The notes beneath the pieces were generated by a model that ran no database searches, had not been told where the DNA came from, and was given only the letters and a program-made list of their open reading frames with translations. The position numbers and the translations under genes were made by a program. This document shows, piece after piece, positions 27,201-35,104 of a stretch of DNA of 36,310 nucleotides; position 1 is the stretch's first letter, and every line of letters starts with the position of its first letter. This DNA is from Thermodesulfobacteriota bacterium (GTDB taxonomy: Bacteria > Desulfobacterota > Desulfobacteria > Desulfobacterales > SURF-7), in contig JBMORA010000068.1 of NCBI GenBank assembly GCA_049320885.1, positions 1 through 36,310 on the forward strand, read 5' to 3'.

Positions 27201-30200
27201 GGCTTTTCTCGATCATCTCGGGTTCAGGCGGTTTGAGTTTTTCGATCTCTTCGAGGAGGATCAGGCTTGGCACGCCAGGTCCCGCTTGGCAATGGATCCG
27301 GAGGACCCCGCCGCGGGATATGGGATGGAAAACCCGGCCCTCAGGAGTTCATATTACCTGGAAAAAAAAGCCATCGTCCCGAACGGGATTCTCGATACCA
27401 CCCGGCAACAGGGGGCGCGCATTTATATCAATCCGGAAGTGGACCATTGCCCCATAGAGCTGCATTTCAAAACCCCCTTCATAACCGTCCGGGTCCTGAA
27501 CGGTTTCGGGCAGCCCATGGGCATCATCAAGGTGGATTCGGTATCCTTCACGCTGAACACCATCCCGAACTACAAGTATATTTTGAACATCATCAAACCA
27601 TATGTGTTTGTTCTGGAACAGCTAAGCAGCTGCCTGACCTGCGCCAGCATCGATGCCGCCGCGGTCCCAAGGGATTTGGGACAGGAGAAGGCCCTGGCTT
27701 TCAGAAAAAACGAAGCGCGTTCGCATCGCATCGACAAGTTCGTGAAGCTTCTGCTGAGACCGCCGGAGACATTCGCCGCCGCCCTCAACACCGTTGCCCT
27801 GGGGCTGATGCAGTATCCCTACAATTTTAAAATCGTAAAAATTTTTTCCTATGATCCGGAAACACGGGTTGTCTTGAGCGACCGGGTGTGGGCCGACAAG
27901 AACAGATTTCCCAGTGTCAATACGGAATCTTCCTTCTGGAATAAAGGCATGGGCCGGCATCTCAAAACGGGTGAAATATTCTGGGAGGCGATGGTTCACA
28001 ACAAGCCCGTCGTCGTCCTGAATCCGGCCAACGACCCGCGATGCAACACCCTGAAGTACCGCTTTTTGCCGGCCGGTCCCTGTATTATCGCGCCCCTTGG
28101 CGCGACGGAACTGATGGGGTTCATCAAACTCGAAGGCTATCCGGCGGGCAAGGACGATATTTCCCTGGCGAAAACCACCATCAAGGTGGATCATCTGGAT
28201 ATGGTCAGCCGGATGGAGCAGAGCTTATATGAAAAGGCCAAGTCCATCCAGCAGTTGACCAAACGTGATTTTCCCATTTTTTCAAAAATCACCCGCGCCA
28301 AACTGATTGAAAAAGCATTGACGACTTTCAATCAGAATGTGCCGAGCCTGCGACTGGACCCGAAACCGGTGGATATCGACACCAAAGTCAATCTTCTCTT
28401 GGGCGAGCTGAAAAAAAGACCCGGGAGCGGGCCCGAAACCGACACCCGAATCGCCGTCATTACCACCCTGTCCCAAATCGCATCCTCCGTGATCAACAAC
28501 CGCGAGATCATTCTTGGTTTTCTGAACATTCTTTCCGCGGCCGGAACGGATACCCGCACGGAAGCGGTCCTTGTTCCCTGCCTGGAATCCCTGTTCGTCT
28601 ATTGTCATGTAAGCGATGTGGCGGTAAGCGACAAAAAGGCGATCTATCACACCGTCACCCGCTTTTACATCGACCATTTTGATTCCTTCGCCCATGATCG
28701 GCGCATGAATTTTCAGGTGAAGAACAGCATATTGAGAACCCTCAGCCTGCTCCACATGCTGCCGGATGTGGCCTGGAACGATTGGGTCGACTTTTTCCAC
28801 TTTCTGGCCGGCCGCAGGGATGATCCCGAGATCATCGCCCGCGTCATCAACTGCATCATCACCTTTGTTCAAGAATGCCCCTCGCCGGAGGCGACCCTGG
28901 GGACCGTTGACCTCATAGACACCATTGCCAGGCACAACGAAGCCAACCAGAAAAACAAGTATGAGGCATGGGGATATATCGGCCCCCGCCCGGAGGTCCC
29001 GCAGGAAATGACGCGGCGGTGGGCCGATGAAATGCTGGATCATTTGAACGAGATTTCGGAATACCATGATGAAGCCATTCTGGTCTCCGAAAGCATCATT
29101 ACCGCCCTGGGGAACTTATATGCCGCGGATAAAATCGATGCGCATCAGAAGCAGCTGATTCATTTCAAACTGTTGACCGGTTTGAGACGAAAGGATATCC
29201 GCTACAAGCATTTCGTGCTGGCGACCGTGGGAGAAATTTGCAAAAACAGCCTGCTGGACATGAAAACCCGGCATGCCTTGATGGATCAGGTGATGCTGAT
29301 GCTGGGGGACGCCTCGGAAATGATCCGCACCCGCGCCGCCTCCATCCTGATTTACCTGGCCGGCGAGCATGTCAATTATTTGATCGACGCATTGCGCGGG
29401 ACGGCCTTTGATCCGGGCAAGCGGGGTTACCTCGAAAAACTGTGGTATGTTCTCTTCCGCTATCGCAACAACCGGATGTATGTAACTCCCCGGCCGCCGC
29501 GCAGCCTGTGGCTGCGGGAAGCCATCGAGAATCCGCCGGAACAGGTGGGGTATAAGGGGTTGGCCCTGGGCGAACTGATCCGTAAAACGGTTTCCGCCAC
29601 GGCCCTGGCCGACATACCCGAATCCGATAGGCATCTGTTGACCGGCATTCAGGCCATCATCCGACAATCCGCGGGTATGCCGGAAAAAGAACCGACCCTT
29701 GCGGACGTCGTCAAAAAACTCAATACCCTTTGTTTTACGCCGGACGGCAAAATTATCGGGAACCAGGCCTTTCATGCCTTTATTCACCACACCGGCTTGA
29801 TCGACATCATCCCCAATGATCTGCCGGCCGGTCATGATGCCGATCCCGTCGCCCTGCGGAAGCAGATGGAGGAGGAAGGCAAGGCCCTCGAGGCTTATTT
29901 CCATAAAGCCCAAATGCCGGAAGAAATCATTTCCATGCTCGAAAGGGATAGGACCAAGCTGATCTACCGCGGCGACAGCCAGGGGATTCAATTCAAAGGC
30001 ATCTCGCTCCGTTCCGCATCGGATGAGGAGGATTCCGCCAGACACGCCGCCGCCGGAAGATTCTCCTCCTACCACAACCTGAAATCCAATGATGAACTCA
30101 TCACTTATCTGAAATCCGTATGGGCGTCCGCCTGGTCGCCGGAAGCCCGGCTGCATCGGCATTTTTTCGCGCAAACGCCCAAAAAGGCCACCGACATCAA

Positions 30201-32196
30201 CATGGCGGTCATCATGCAGCTGATGGTTCCGGATGTGAACATATCCGGTGTCGTCTTTGTGAAAAAAAGCAGGGACGGCAATGGGTTCGATACGGAAATC
30301 AATGCCGGTTTGGGCCTGGAGGCGGGTACGCGCAGTGATGACACGACGGACTACTATTCGCTCAAGGACGGTGACACCTCCATTTTCAAGGATATCGGGC
30401 AGCAGCAATGGGTCATCATGCCGGCCGAGGAGGGGTTGACGAAAAAAATCAGCTTGCCGCCGGAAAAGGGGAATCAACAGAAGCTGTCGGATTACCAAAT
30501 CCTTTGCCTTGCCTATATCTGCCGTCGATTGACCCGGGAATTGCTGAAGCCCTGCATGGTGAAGCAGGACTTGATGGACATTCCGGAAGTCGCGGCCAAA
30601 ATCCAGGTGCTGTTTCCGGGGCAGGAAACGGGCAAATGGACCATTCATCATCCCGAGGAAATCAAGACCCTGGCCGCCCGGATCATTCAGGATCCTTCCC
30701 AGTTGGACCGGTTCCACGCGCGGGTGGATCAGGCCGTGCGGCAAAGCGGGGAAAAAATCGGAATCGATTTCGAATTCGCCGTCACCGAATCCCGGCGGAT
30801 TGCCTTGCTGCAACAACGGGAGATCTCGGCCGCCTCCCAGGGAAACGGACCGCTGCCGACCCGGGTCCGGTTTGACAGCTGTCACGGCATCAGCCTGCCC
30901 ATCGAGCCTTTTGTGTATGGATCGTGTTATGGCGAGATCATTTTCATGCGAAAGAAGGATCCGGCCGGCCGGATGGAGGTCCTGGAGGGCGCGGGCGGCA
31001 AGATCCTGATCGCGGATCATCTGGATGAACGCAATCTGGATCAGTTCATTTCCGGCCATCCGCCCCTGGGCGTCATTATCGAGGCAGGTTCCAAGAATGC
31101 CCATATCGTCATCGAAGCCAGGGAATATTTCAAGAAGAACCACCGATCCATTCCGGTCGTCAAGATCGCCAATGCCCTGGCGCTGTTCGCTGAATGCAAA
31201 ACAGTGGGCATCGTGGCGGAAGAGCGGCATGTTAGCGTATTTTTCCAGGACGCCCCCCAGCGAGACCTGTTTGCAAAGCGGCTGCGGCGACAGGGGACCG
31301 ACCGCCGGATCGCGTCCAAAGCCGATGTCCCCTTTGAAGCGAAAAACAATCCGGAAGGATTGGCGGTGCCGGATATTCCCGAAGACCGGGGCCGGCTGAT
31401 CCAGCTATTGCCTGCCGAGACGGCCCGTTTCAATGCCATGACGCCGGAAACATTCCAGGCCGATTTGACCCAGCTCTTTTTCATCAACCGGGCCAGAAAA
31501 CTGCATCTGGAAGCCATGTATCAATTGCATACGGAAAGCGAAATCTTTATGGACTATGAAGATGCCAGGGCGTATTACACCTTGCTCATGGCCTGCTGTC
31601 ATGCGGATCCGGCGGGTCCGGATTTCGGGGCACTGAAGAAGAAGATCGAGACCATGTTGTCCGGTTACGGATATGATATCCCCCTGGATGATATTTATCG
31701 AATTGCCGGCGCCGTTTTCCAATTCAGCCGGCGCTTCGACCAGGCCTGTCGCCAATATCAGTGGAGTCCGGGCATCCTGCATTTTTTTTCCGTCAATTCC
31801 AGCCGGCAGGTGATTGCCGCCCGGCGGATTTTTATTCTGCATCCCCAGGACGGCGAAATCGTGGATGAAACGCCGGATGCCTTCAAGATCGTCCATGCCG
31901 GTCTGGTTCCCATCAGCCGCCGGAAGCAGGAAGGGGGGTATTTGCGGGGCCGCATCATGGAATTCCGGGGCAGCGGCAGTGTCCTCTCCGGCGACACCCA
32001 TATGGAGCTGGGGCTGTTCGACAACTCCGAGTATACAACCCAGCATCTGGCCACGCGGGCCCTGGTCATGGCCGCCAGACAGTTATTGCATATCGGCTGC
32101 AACCCGAACATCACGGTGCATGTACTGCCCCGGCACATCCAGTATACGCGGGAACTCAAGGAAGAGATGCCGCTGCGGTCGCTGTCGGAAATCTAG
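24148..32196 (+). CDS. Giant (2682 aa) protein: two PEP-synthase-like ATP-grasp + phospho-His modules, GAF-like domains, HEAT-like repeats
   Basis: Uninterrupted 8049-bp ORF with AGGGAG RBS. C-terminal module: VGYKGLALGEL, LRSASDEED...AAAGRFSSY, VWASAWS, MAVIMQLMV, DFEFAV...LLQQREI, AGSKNAHIVIEARE. N-terminal module: K...EGLPVPDG, LLRGGDDD..GQAG, LLEVC...IVQVKTI, GGSMGMH. Confidence 0.88.
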   Translation: MELLDSFGNASAPFFEAKYDRYLQVLGAADLDLRNYPVKLILLNILKKEGLPVPDGVLVNLKPFYEALLEIFHHNRHDICQYLKAVANEIQFADNGKIEKDIIINELMNIGSAQFSYIIKDIEAIFQLVLQYLKEPDLLLRGGDDDVDGQAGKTTSLVIRDFLLASFDVLAGYTNHAGILERSQHVDVILPLSNTLTDRFFYTHELTPIETNVMVSLAQKIAKTKHAGTISVDDKFVHIEVSDKRFYHENSLSPTYTIFYNKSTALLEGLDPIAQRQVQRTVVKKNCYDLIRLAEKTKKIVQKVNPLFNRMLLEVCLNLDEEHLLPAIVQVKTIYAPFAETVSPKSGIFQIKLNPRQYLNKSTRFSCHGPAIALERPQDIELLDPDSIAVLKIEDWKNIDRFPCFPPRNRPRVMLTNGGSMGMHLITQLKMYGENVAKIDKEDFQPLFELALVNKAEIQKAATQTVHITEVLIERDHRDGKFGRMNWRCYRECTLPPGVLTEKAVERMNAEPEFGSFRDWEFRKALDQQAALNHPAGYINPDSELISFVTSVDDEEGDGIRIYKGQYVQFTIRAVHKKRIAGIIQNSYELNRFWAFLSAISEMLGNDWLHIDYQKSESRIKRWIDGNHPDLKAPLLTVLKTPKVTWLRILEVERNSYGTFSGKVLDPGKYRYLSTKNVIDLVFRSGVTYNLTITADAVNACNHLSTHFILRAVFEGNVTAIRGSTAEGRVGYADSWNGLYEYYPRDEYLARIPDLLNSLYTLKSIGLDPCFEVKYIQRWIENGSYQIANAILRDDRFEEKVVLPIIDHVILPVIDVQGVIHAMIPFSVYKHCLELLDYKTVIPSSKRLWETVKRYFNHESLKSGTAHHIFQAEEKWVADIIFPADIPGHLENLLVVSPGSDLHPSTDAEVINALKVLATISHTTPFTHDPAIRPRPAGIPNSAYRKRDLTEMRYRKLRWLQSADEPEAVSADTYFNRHVLGLNETIKVSRLLLDRVHRMEDELIRIGEFDACLRTMAAAFLDHLGFRRFEFFDLFEEDQAWHARSRLAMDPEDPAAGYGMENPALRSSYYLEKKAIVPNGILDTTRQQGARIYINPEVDHCPIELHFKTPFITVRVLNGFGQPMGIIKVDSVSFTLNTIPNYKYILNIIKPYVFVLEQLSSCLTCASIDAAAVPRDLGQEKALAFRKNEARSHRIDKFVKLLLRPPETFAAALNTVALGLMQYPYNFKIVKIFSYDPETRVVLSDRVWADKNRFPSVNTESSFWNKGMGRHLKTGEIFWEAMVHNKPVVVLNPANDPRCNTLKYRFLPAGPCIIAPLGATELMGFIKLEGYPAGKDDISLAKTTIKVDHLDMVSRMEQSLYEKAKSIQQLTKRDFPIFSKITRAKLIEKALTTFNQNVPSLRLDPKPVDIDTKVNLLLGELKKRPGSGPETDTRIAVITTLSQIASSVINNREIILGFLNILSAAGTDTRTEAVLVPCLESLFVYCHVSDVAVSDKKAIYHTVTRFYIDHFDSFAHDRRMNFQVKNSILRTLSLLHMLPDVAWNDWVDFFHFLAGRRDDPEIIARVINCIITFVQECPSPEATLGTVDLIDTIARHNEANQKNKYEAWGYIGPRPEVPQEMTRRWADEMLDHLNEISEYHDEAILVSESIITALGNLYAADKIDAHQKQLIHFKLLTGLRRKDIRYKHFVLATVGEICKNSLLDMKTRHALMDQVMLMLGDASEMIRTRAASILIYLAGEHVNYLIDALRGTAFDPGKRGYLEKLWYVLFRYRNNRMYVTPRPPRSLWLREAIENPPEQVGYKGLALGELIRKTVSATALADIPESDRHLLTGIQAIIRQSAGMPEKEPTLADVVKKLNTLCFTPDGKIIGNQAFHAFIHHTGLIDIIPNDLPAGHDADPVALRKQMEEEGKALEAYFHKAQMPEEIISMLERDRTKLIYRGDSQGIQFKGISLRSASDEEDSARHAAAGRFSSYHNLKSNDELITYLKSVWASAWSPEARLHRHFFAQTPKKATDINMAVIMQLMVPDVNISGVVFVKKSRDGNGFDTEINAGLGLEAGTRSDDTTDYYSLKDGDTSIFKDIGQQQWVIMPAEEGLTKKISLPPEKGNQQKLSDYQILCLAYICRRLTRELLKPCMVKQDLMDIPEVAAKIQVLFPGQETGKWTIHHPEEIKTLAARIIQDPSQLDRFHARVDQAVRQSGEKIGIDFEFAVTESRRIALLQQREISAASQGNGPLPTRVRFDSCHGISLPIEPFVYGSCYGEIIFMRKKDPAGRMEVLEGAGGKILIADHLDERNLDQFISGHPPLGVIIEAGSKNAHIVIEAREYFKKNHRSIPVVKIANALALFAECKTVGIVAEERHVSVFFQDAPQRDLFAKRLRRQGTDRRIASKADVPFEAKNNPEGLAVPDIPEDRGRLIQLLPAETARFNAMTPETFQADLTQLFFINRARKLHLEAMYQLHTESEIFMDYEDARAYYTLLMACCHADPAGPDFGALKKKIETMLSGYGYDIPLDDIYRIAGAVFQFSRRFDQACRQYQWSPGILHFFSVNSSRQVIAARRIFILHPQDGEIVDETPDAFKIVHAGLVPISRRKQEGGYLRGRIMEFRGSGSVLSGDTHMELGLFDNSEYTTQHLATRALVMAARQLLHIGCNPNITVHVLPRHIQYTRELKEEMPLRSLSEI

Positions 32197-35085
32197 CTAT
32201 TTCCGTTTGAATTTCAGTTCCGCTTGGGCGGCCGCAATTCTTCCGCAAGGTATCCGGGGCGATGACATGCTGACATAATCGAGTCCGCGCACGGTTTTCC
32301 CGATGCCTTTTTCCGTGATATCGACAAGGATGCCGTTCAGAAAATCGATGGACTGGGGATCGCCGCCATGCTCTCCGCAAATGCCGATCACGATGTCCGG
32401 GTTGGCCTGCTTCATGGCAATGACACACTGCTCGATCATTTCCCGGACCGACGGATGCAGCGTCTCGAATGGGTCCCGGGTGTATATGCCGTTTTCCAGG
32501 CAATGGGTGATATAGGCGGCCGTATCGTCACGACTGAGTCCAAGCACGGTCTGGGTCAAATCGTTGGTGCCGAACGAAGCAAAATCAGCCTCCCTGGCAA
32601 CGGCGGCCGCCATGATTTTTGTCGCCACCGACGGCAGTTCGATCATGGTGCCGATTTTCAGCCCCAGGTCGGCCCTGGTGACACCCGCGAGGGTCAAGGT
32701 TTCGTCGATGACGGGATCGATGATGCGTTTGATGGCGATCAATTCCTCCACATCACTGATCAGCGGCACCATGATCTCCGGTTTGACGTCGATTCCGGCA
32801 TCCCGGCATTCGGTGGCGGCGCGGATGATGGCCTTGGACTGCATGATGGGGATTTCGGGCCGGCTGAGCAGCAGCCGGACGCCCCGGGTGCCCAGCATCG
32901 GGTTCGATTCCCGCATTTTTTCCGTCAGTTCCGTTATGGCTTCCACCGGCTTGCCTAAAGCGTCGGCGATCCGTTGCCGGTCCGCCTGCCGGGTCGGAAG
33001 GAATTCATGGAGCGGTGGATCGAGAAGCCGGATGGTGACGGATTTTCCCCCCATATGCTTGAAGATCATTTTGAAATCATCTTTCTGGATGGCCAGCAGT
33101 TTTTCCAGCGCCGCGGCCCGGATTTCGACTGAATCCGCAAGCAACATGGTCTGGAACAAGACCACGTTGTGAAAAAACATGTGCTCCGTGCGGGCCAGGC
33201 CGATCCCCTCGGCGCCGTATTGGACCGCCCGCAACACCACGGTTTCTTCTTCCGCGTTGGCCTTGATGCCCAGGGCGCGAAATTGATCCGTCCACTGCAT
33301 CAGCGTGTGGAAGTGTTCGTCCAGTTCCGGGGCTTTTGTGGGCATCTTTCCCAGCATGATCTCGCCGGTTGTGCCGTCCAGTGAAATCCAATCCAGTCTG
33401 TTTATCCGCCGGGTCCCCATGGTGAGGACGCCCTTTTCAAGATCAAAACGCCACTGATCTTCCTGGCCCTTTTCCAGGGGTTTCATGCTCACCACGGCCG
33501 GCCGCTGCATTTGTCTGGACACAACCGCCGCATGGGAGGTTTTGCCGCCGATAAACGTTCCGATCCCCTGGCTGACTTCCATGCCGCCGATATCGTCCGG
33601 GGAGGTTTCCGGTGTGATGAGGATCAGTTTGTCCGCATCGGAGGCCGGATCCTTCTCCTTGATTTCCCGTGCTTCCCGATGCAATTCAATGGCGTCCCGG
33701 GCCGTAAAGACAGCCCGTCCCACGGCCGCGCCGATGGATGCCGGCGTACCCCTGGCGATCACCGGAACCACGTGGCCGTTTTCATCCAGCGCCTCGCCTT
33801 TTTCATTCCGTTCGAAGGTGGGAAGCAATAACTGCGTGATTTCGCTGGATGGAACCCGTTGGAGGGCCGCCGCCTGGGTGATGCCGAATTCGAGGGTCGC
33901 ATCGATGGCCGTCCGAATCGCCGCCCGGATGGTTCGTTTGCCGCTGCGTGTCTGCAGAATCCAGAGCTTGCCGTCTTCGATCGTAAACTCGACATCCTGC
34001 ATGTCGCAATAATGTTTTTCAAGCAGGACGAGGGTGTCGGATAATTGCTGATAGACGGCGGGCATCACCGCCTTCAGCTCCGTAATGTCCATGGGGGTGC
34101 GAATGCCGGCCACTACATCTTCTCCCTGGGCATTCAGCAGAAAGTCACCGTAGAATATGCGCTCGCCGGATGCGTCCACCATGATTTCCCCTGAATTCGG
34201 ATTGCGCGTGAATACCACACCGGTTCCGGACCGGGGGCCGGTGTTGCCGAAGACCATGGCCTGGATATTCACGGCGGTGCCGTTGGCCATTTCTTCCGTG
34301 ATCCGGTGGATTCGCCGGTATTGAATGGCCCGGTCATTGTTCCAGGACCGGAAAACCGCTGCTATCGCCTGCTGAAGCTGGTCGTTGACATCCTGGGGAA
34401 AGGGGGCGCCGGTTTCCGTTGCGACGAGGTTACGAAATTCATCGACGACGCGTTTCCAATCGTCGGCACTCAGATCCGTATCCACGATGGCGCGGCTGCC
34501 TTTTGATTCCTTTACGGCATTGATGACCCGATCGAATTTATCATTTTTGATTTCCAACACCACGTTGCCGAACATCTGGATAAACCGGCGGTAATTATCA
34601 AATGCAAAGCGTTCGTCATTGGTTTTGGCGATCAGGCCGTTAAGGGTCTGGTCGTTCAAACCCAGGTTCAGCACGGTATCCATCATGCCCGGCATCGACT
34701 CCGCCGCGCCGCTTCGTACGGAAACCAGCAGGGGGTTGTCACCGTCGCCAAACAGCTTGCCGGTCTCGGCTTCAATTTCCTTCAATGCCGCCATGACCTC
34801 ATCCATTACGATGGGCGGCAACCGGTCGGGAGTCAGGTGCGGCTGACCGGTTGCGCGCATGCTGCGGGCGATCAAAAATTCCAGATTGGTTCTGGAGTCG
34901 ATGGTAAAGGCCGGAGGGACGGGGATCCCGAGTTTGTTCATTTCGGCGATATTGGCTCCCTTGCCGCCCAGGACATGTTTCATCCTGGCGTTCCCTTCCG
35001 TTTTTTTGGCCGTCGACAGGAAGACCCGTTTCCGTTTCGGATAAAGCTGCGTCATCATCTGCGCGGATGAAAATTCCCGGTTCAT
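32197..35085 (-). CDS. ppdK: Pyruvate, phosphate dikinase (long, divergent copy)
   Basis: LGGKGANIAEM, LLVSVRSGA..SMPGMMDTVLNLGLN, QAMVFGN, NAQGEDVVAGIRTP, DVEFTIE..LQTR, GGKTSHAAVV (phospho-His), RTEHMFF, SFGTNDLTQ, GICGEHGGDP; AGGAGG RBS. Confidence 0.95.
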   Translation of the reverse strand: MNREFSSAQMMTQLYPKRKRVFLSTAKKTEGNARMKHVLGGKGANIAEMNKLGIPVPPAFTIDSRTNLEFLIARSMRATGQPHLTPDRLPPIVMDEVMAALKEIEAETGKLFGDGDNPLLVSVRSGAAESMPGMMDTVLNLGLNDQTLNGLIAKTNDERFAFDNYRRFIQMFGNVVLEIKNDKFDRVINAVKESKGSRAIVDTDLSADDWKRVVDEFRNLVATETGAPFPQDVNDQLQQAIAAVFRSWNNDRAIQYRRIHRITEEMANGTAVNIQAMVFGNTGPRSGTGVVFTRNPNSGEIMVDASGERIFYGDFLLNAQGEDVVAGIRTPMDITELKAVMPAVYQQLSDTLVLLEKHYCDMQDVEFTIEDGKLWILQTRSGKRTIRAAIRTAIDATLEFGITQAAALQRVPSSEITQLLLPTFERNEKGEALDENGHVVPVIARGTPASIGAAVGRAVFTARDAIELHREAREIKEKDPASDADKLILITPETSPDDIGGMEVSQGIGTFIGGKTSHAAVVSRQMQRPAVVSMKPLEKGQEDQWRFDLEKGVLTMGTRRINRLDWISLDGTTGEIMLGKMPTKAPELDEHFHTLMQWTDQFRALGIKANAEEETVVLRAVQYGAEGIGLARTEHMFFHNVVLFQTMLLADSVEIRAAALEKLLAIQKDDFKMIFKHMGGKSVTIRLLDPPLHEFLPTRQADRQRIADALGKPVEAITELTEKMRESNPMLGTRGVRLLLSRPEIPIMQSKAIIRAATECRDAGIDVKPEIMVPLISDVEELIAIKRIIDPVIDETLTLAGVTRADLGLKIGTMIELPSVATKIMAAAVAREADFASFGTNDLTQTVLGLSRDDTAAYITHCLENGIYTRDPFETLHPSVREMIEQCVIAMKQANPDIVIGICGEHGGDPQSIDFLNGILVDITEKGIGKTVRGLDYVSMSSPRIPCGRIAAAQAELKFKRK

Positions 35086-35104
35086 GCGGCTGCCTCCTAA
35101 AAAA

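Noticed and set aside
29116..31230. 704-aa minus-strand ORF inside the giant gene
   Set aside because: Antisense shadow of the second dikinase module; no recognisable motifs or RBS.
24148..32196. Annotating the giant gene as ordinary PEP synthase (ppsA), NRPS/PKS or a secreted toxin/adhesin
   Set aside because: No pyruvate-binding barrel motifs, no A/C/KS/carrier-protein motifs, no signal peptide, and no RTX/RHS repeats.
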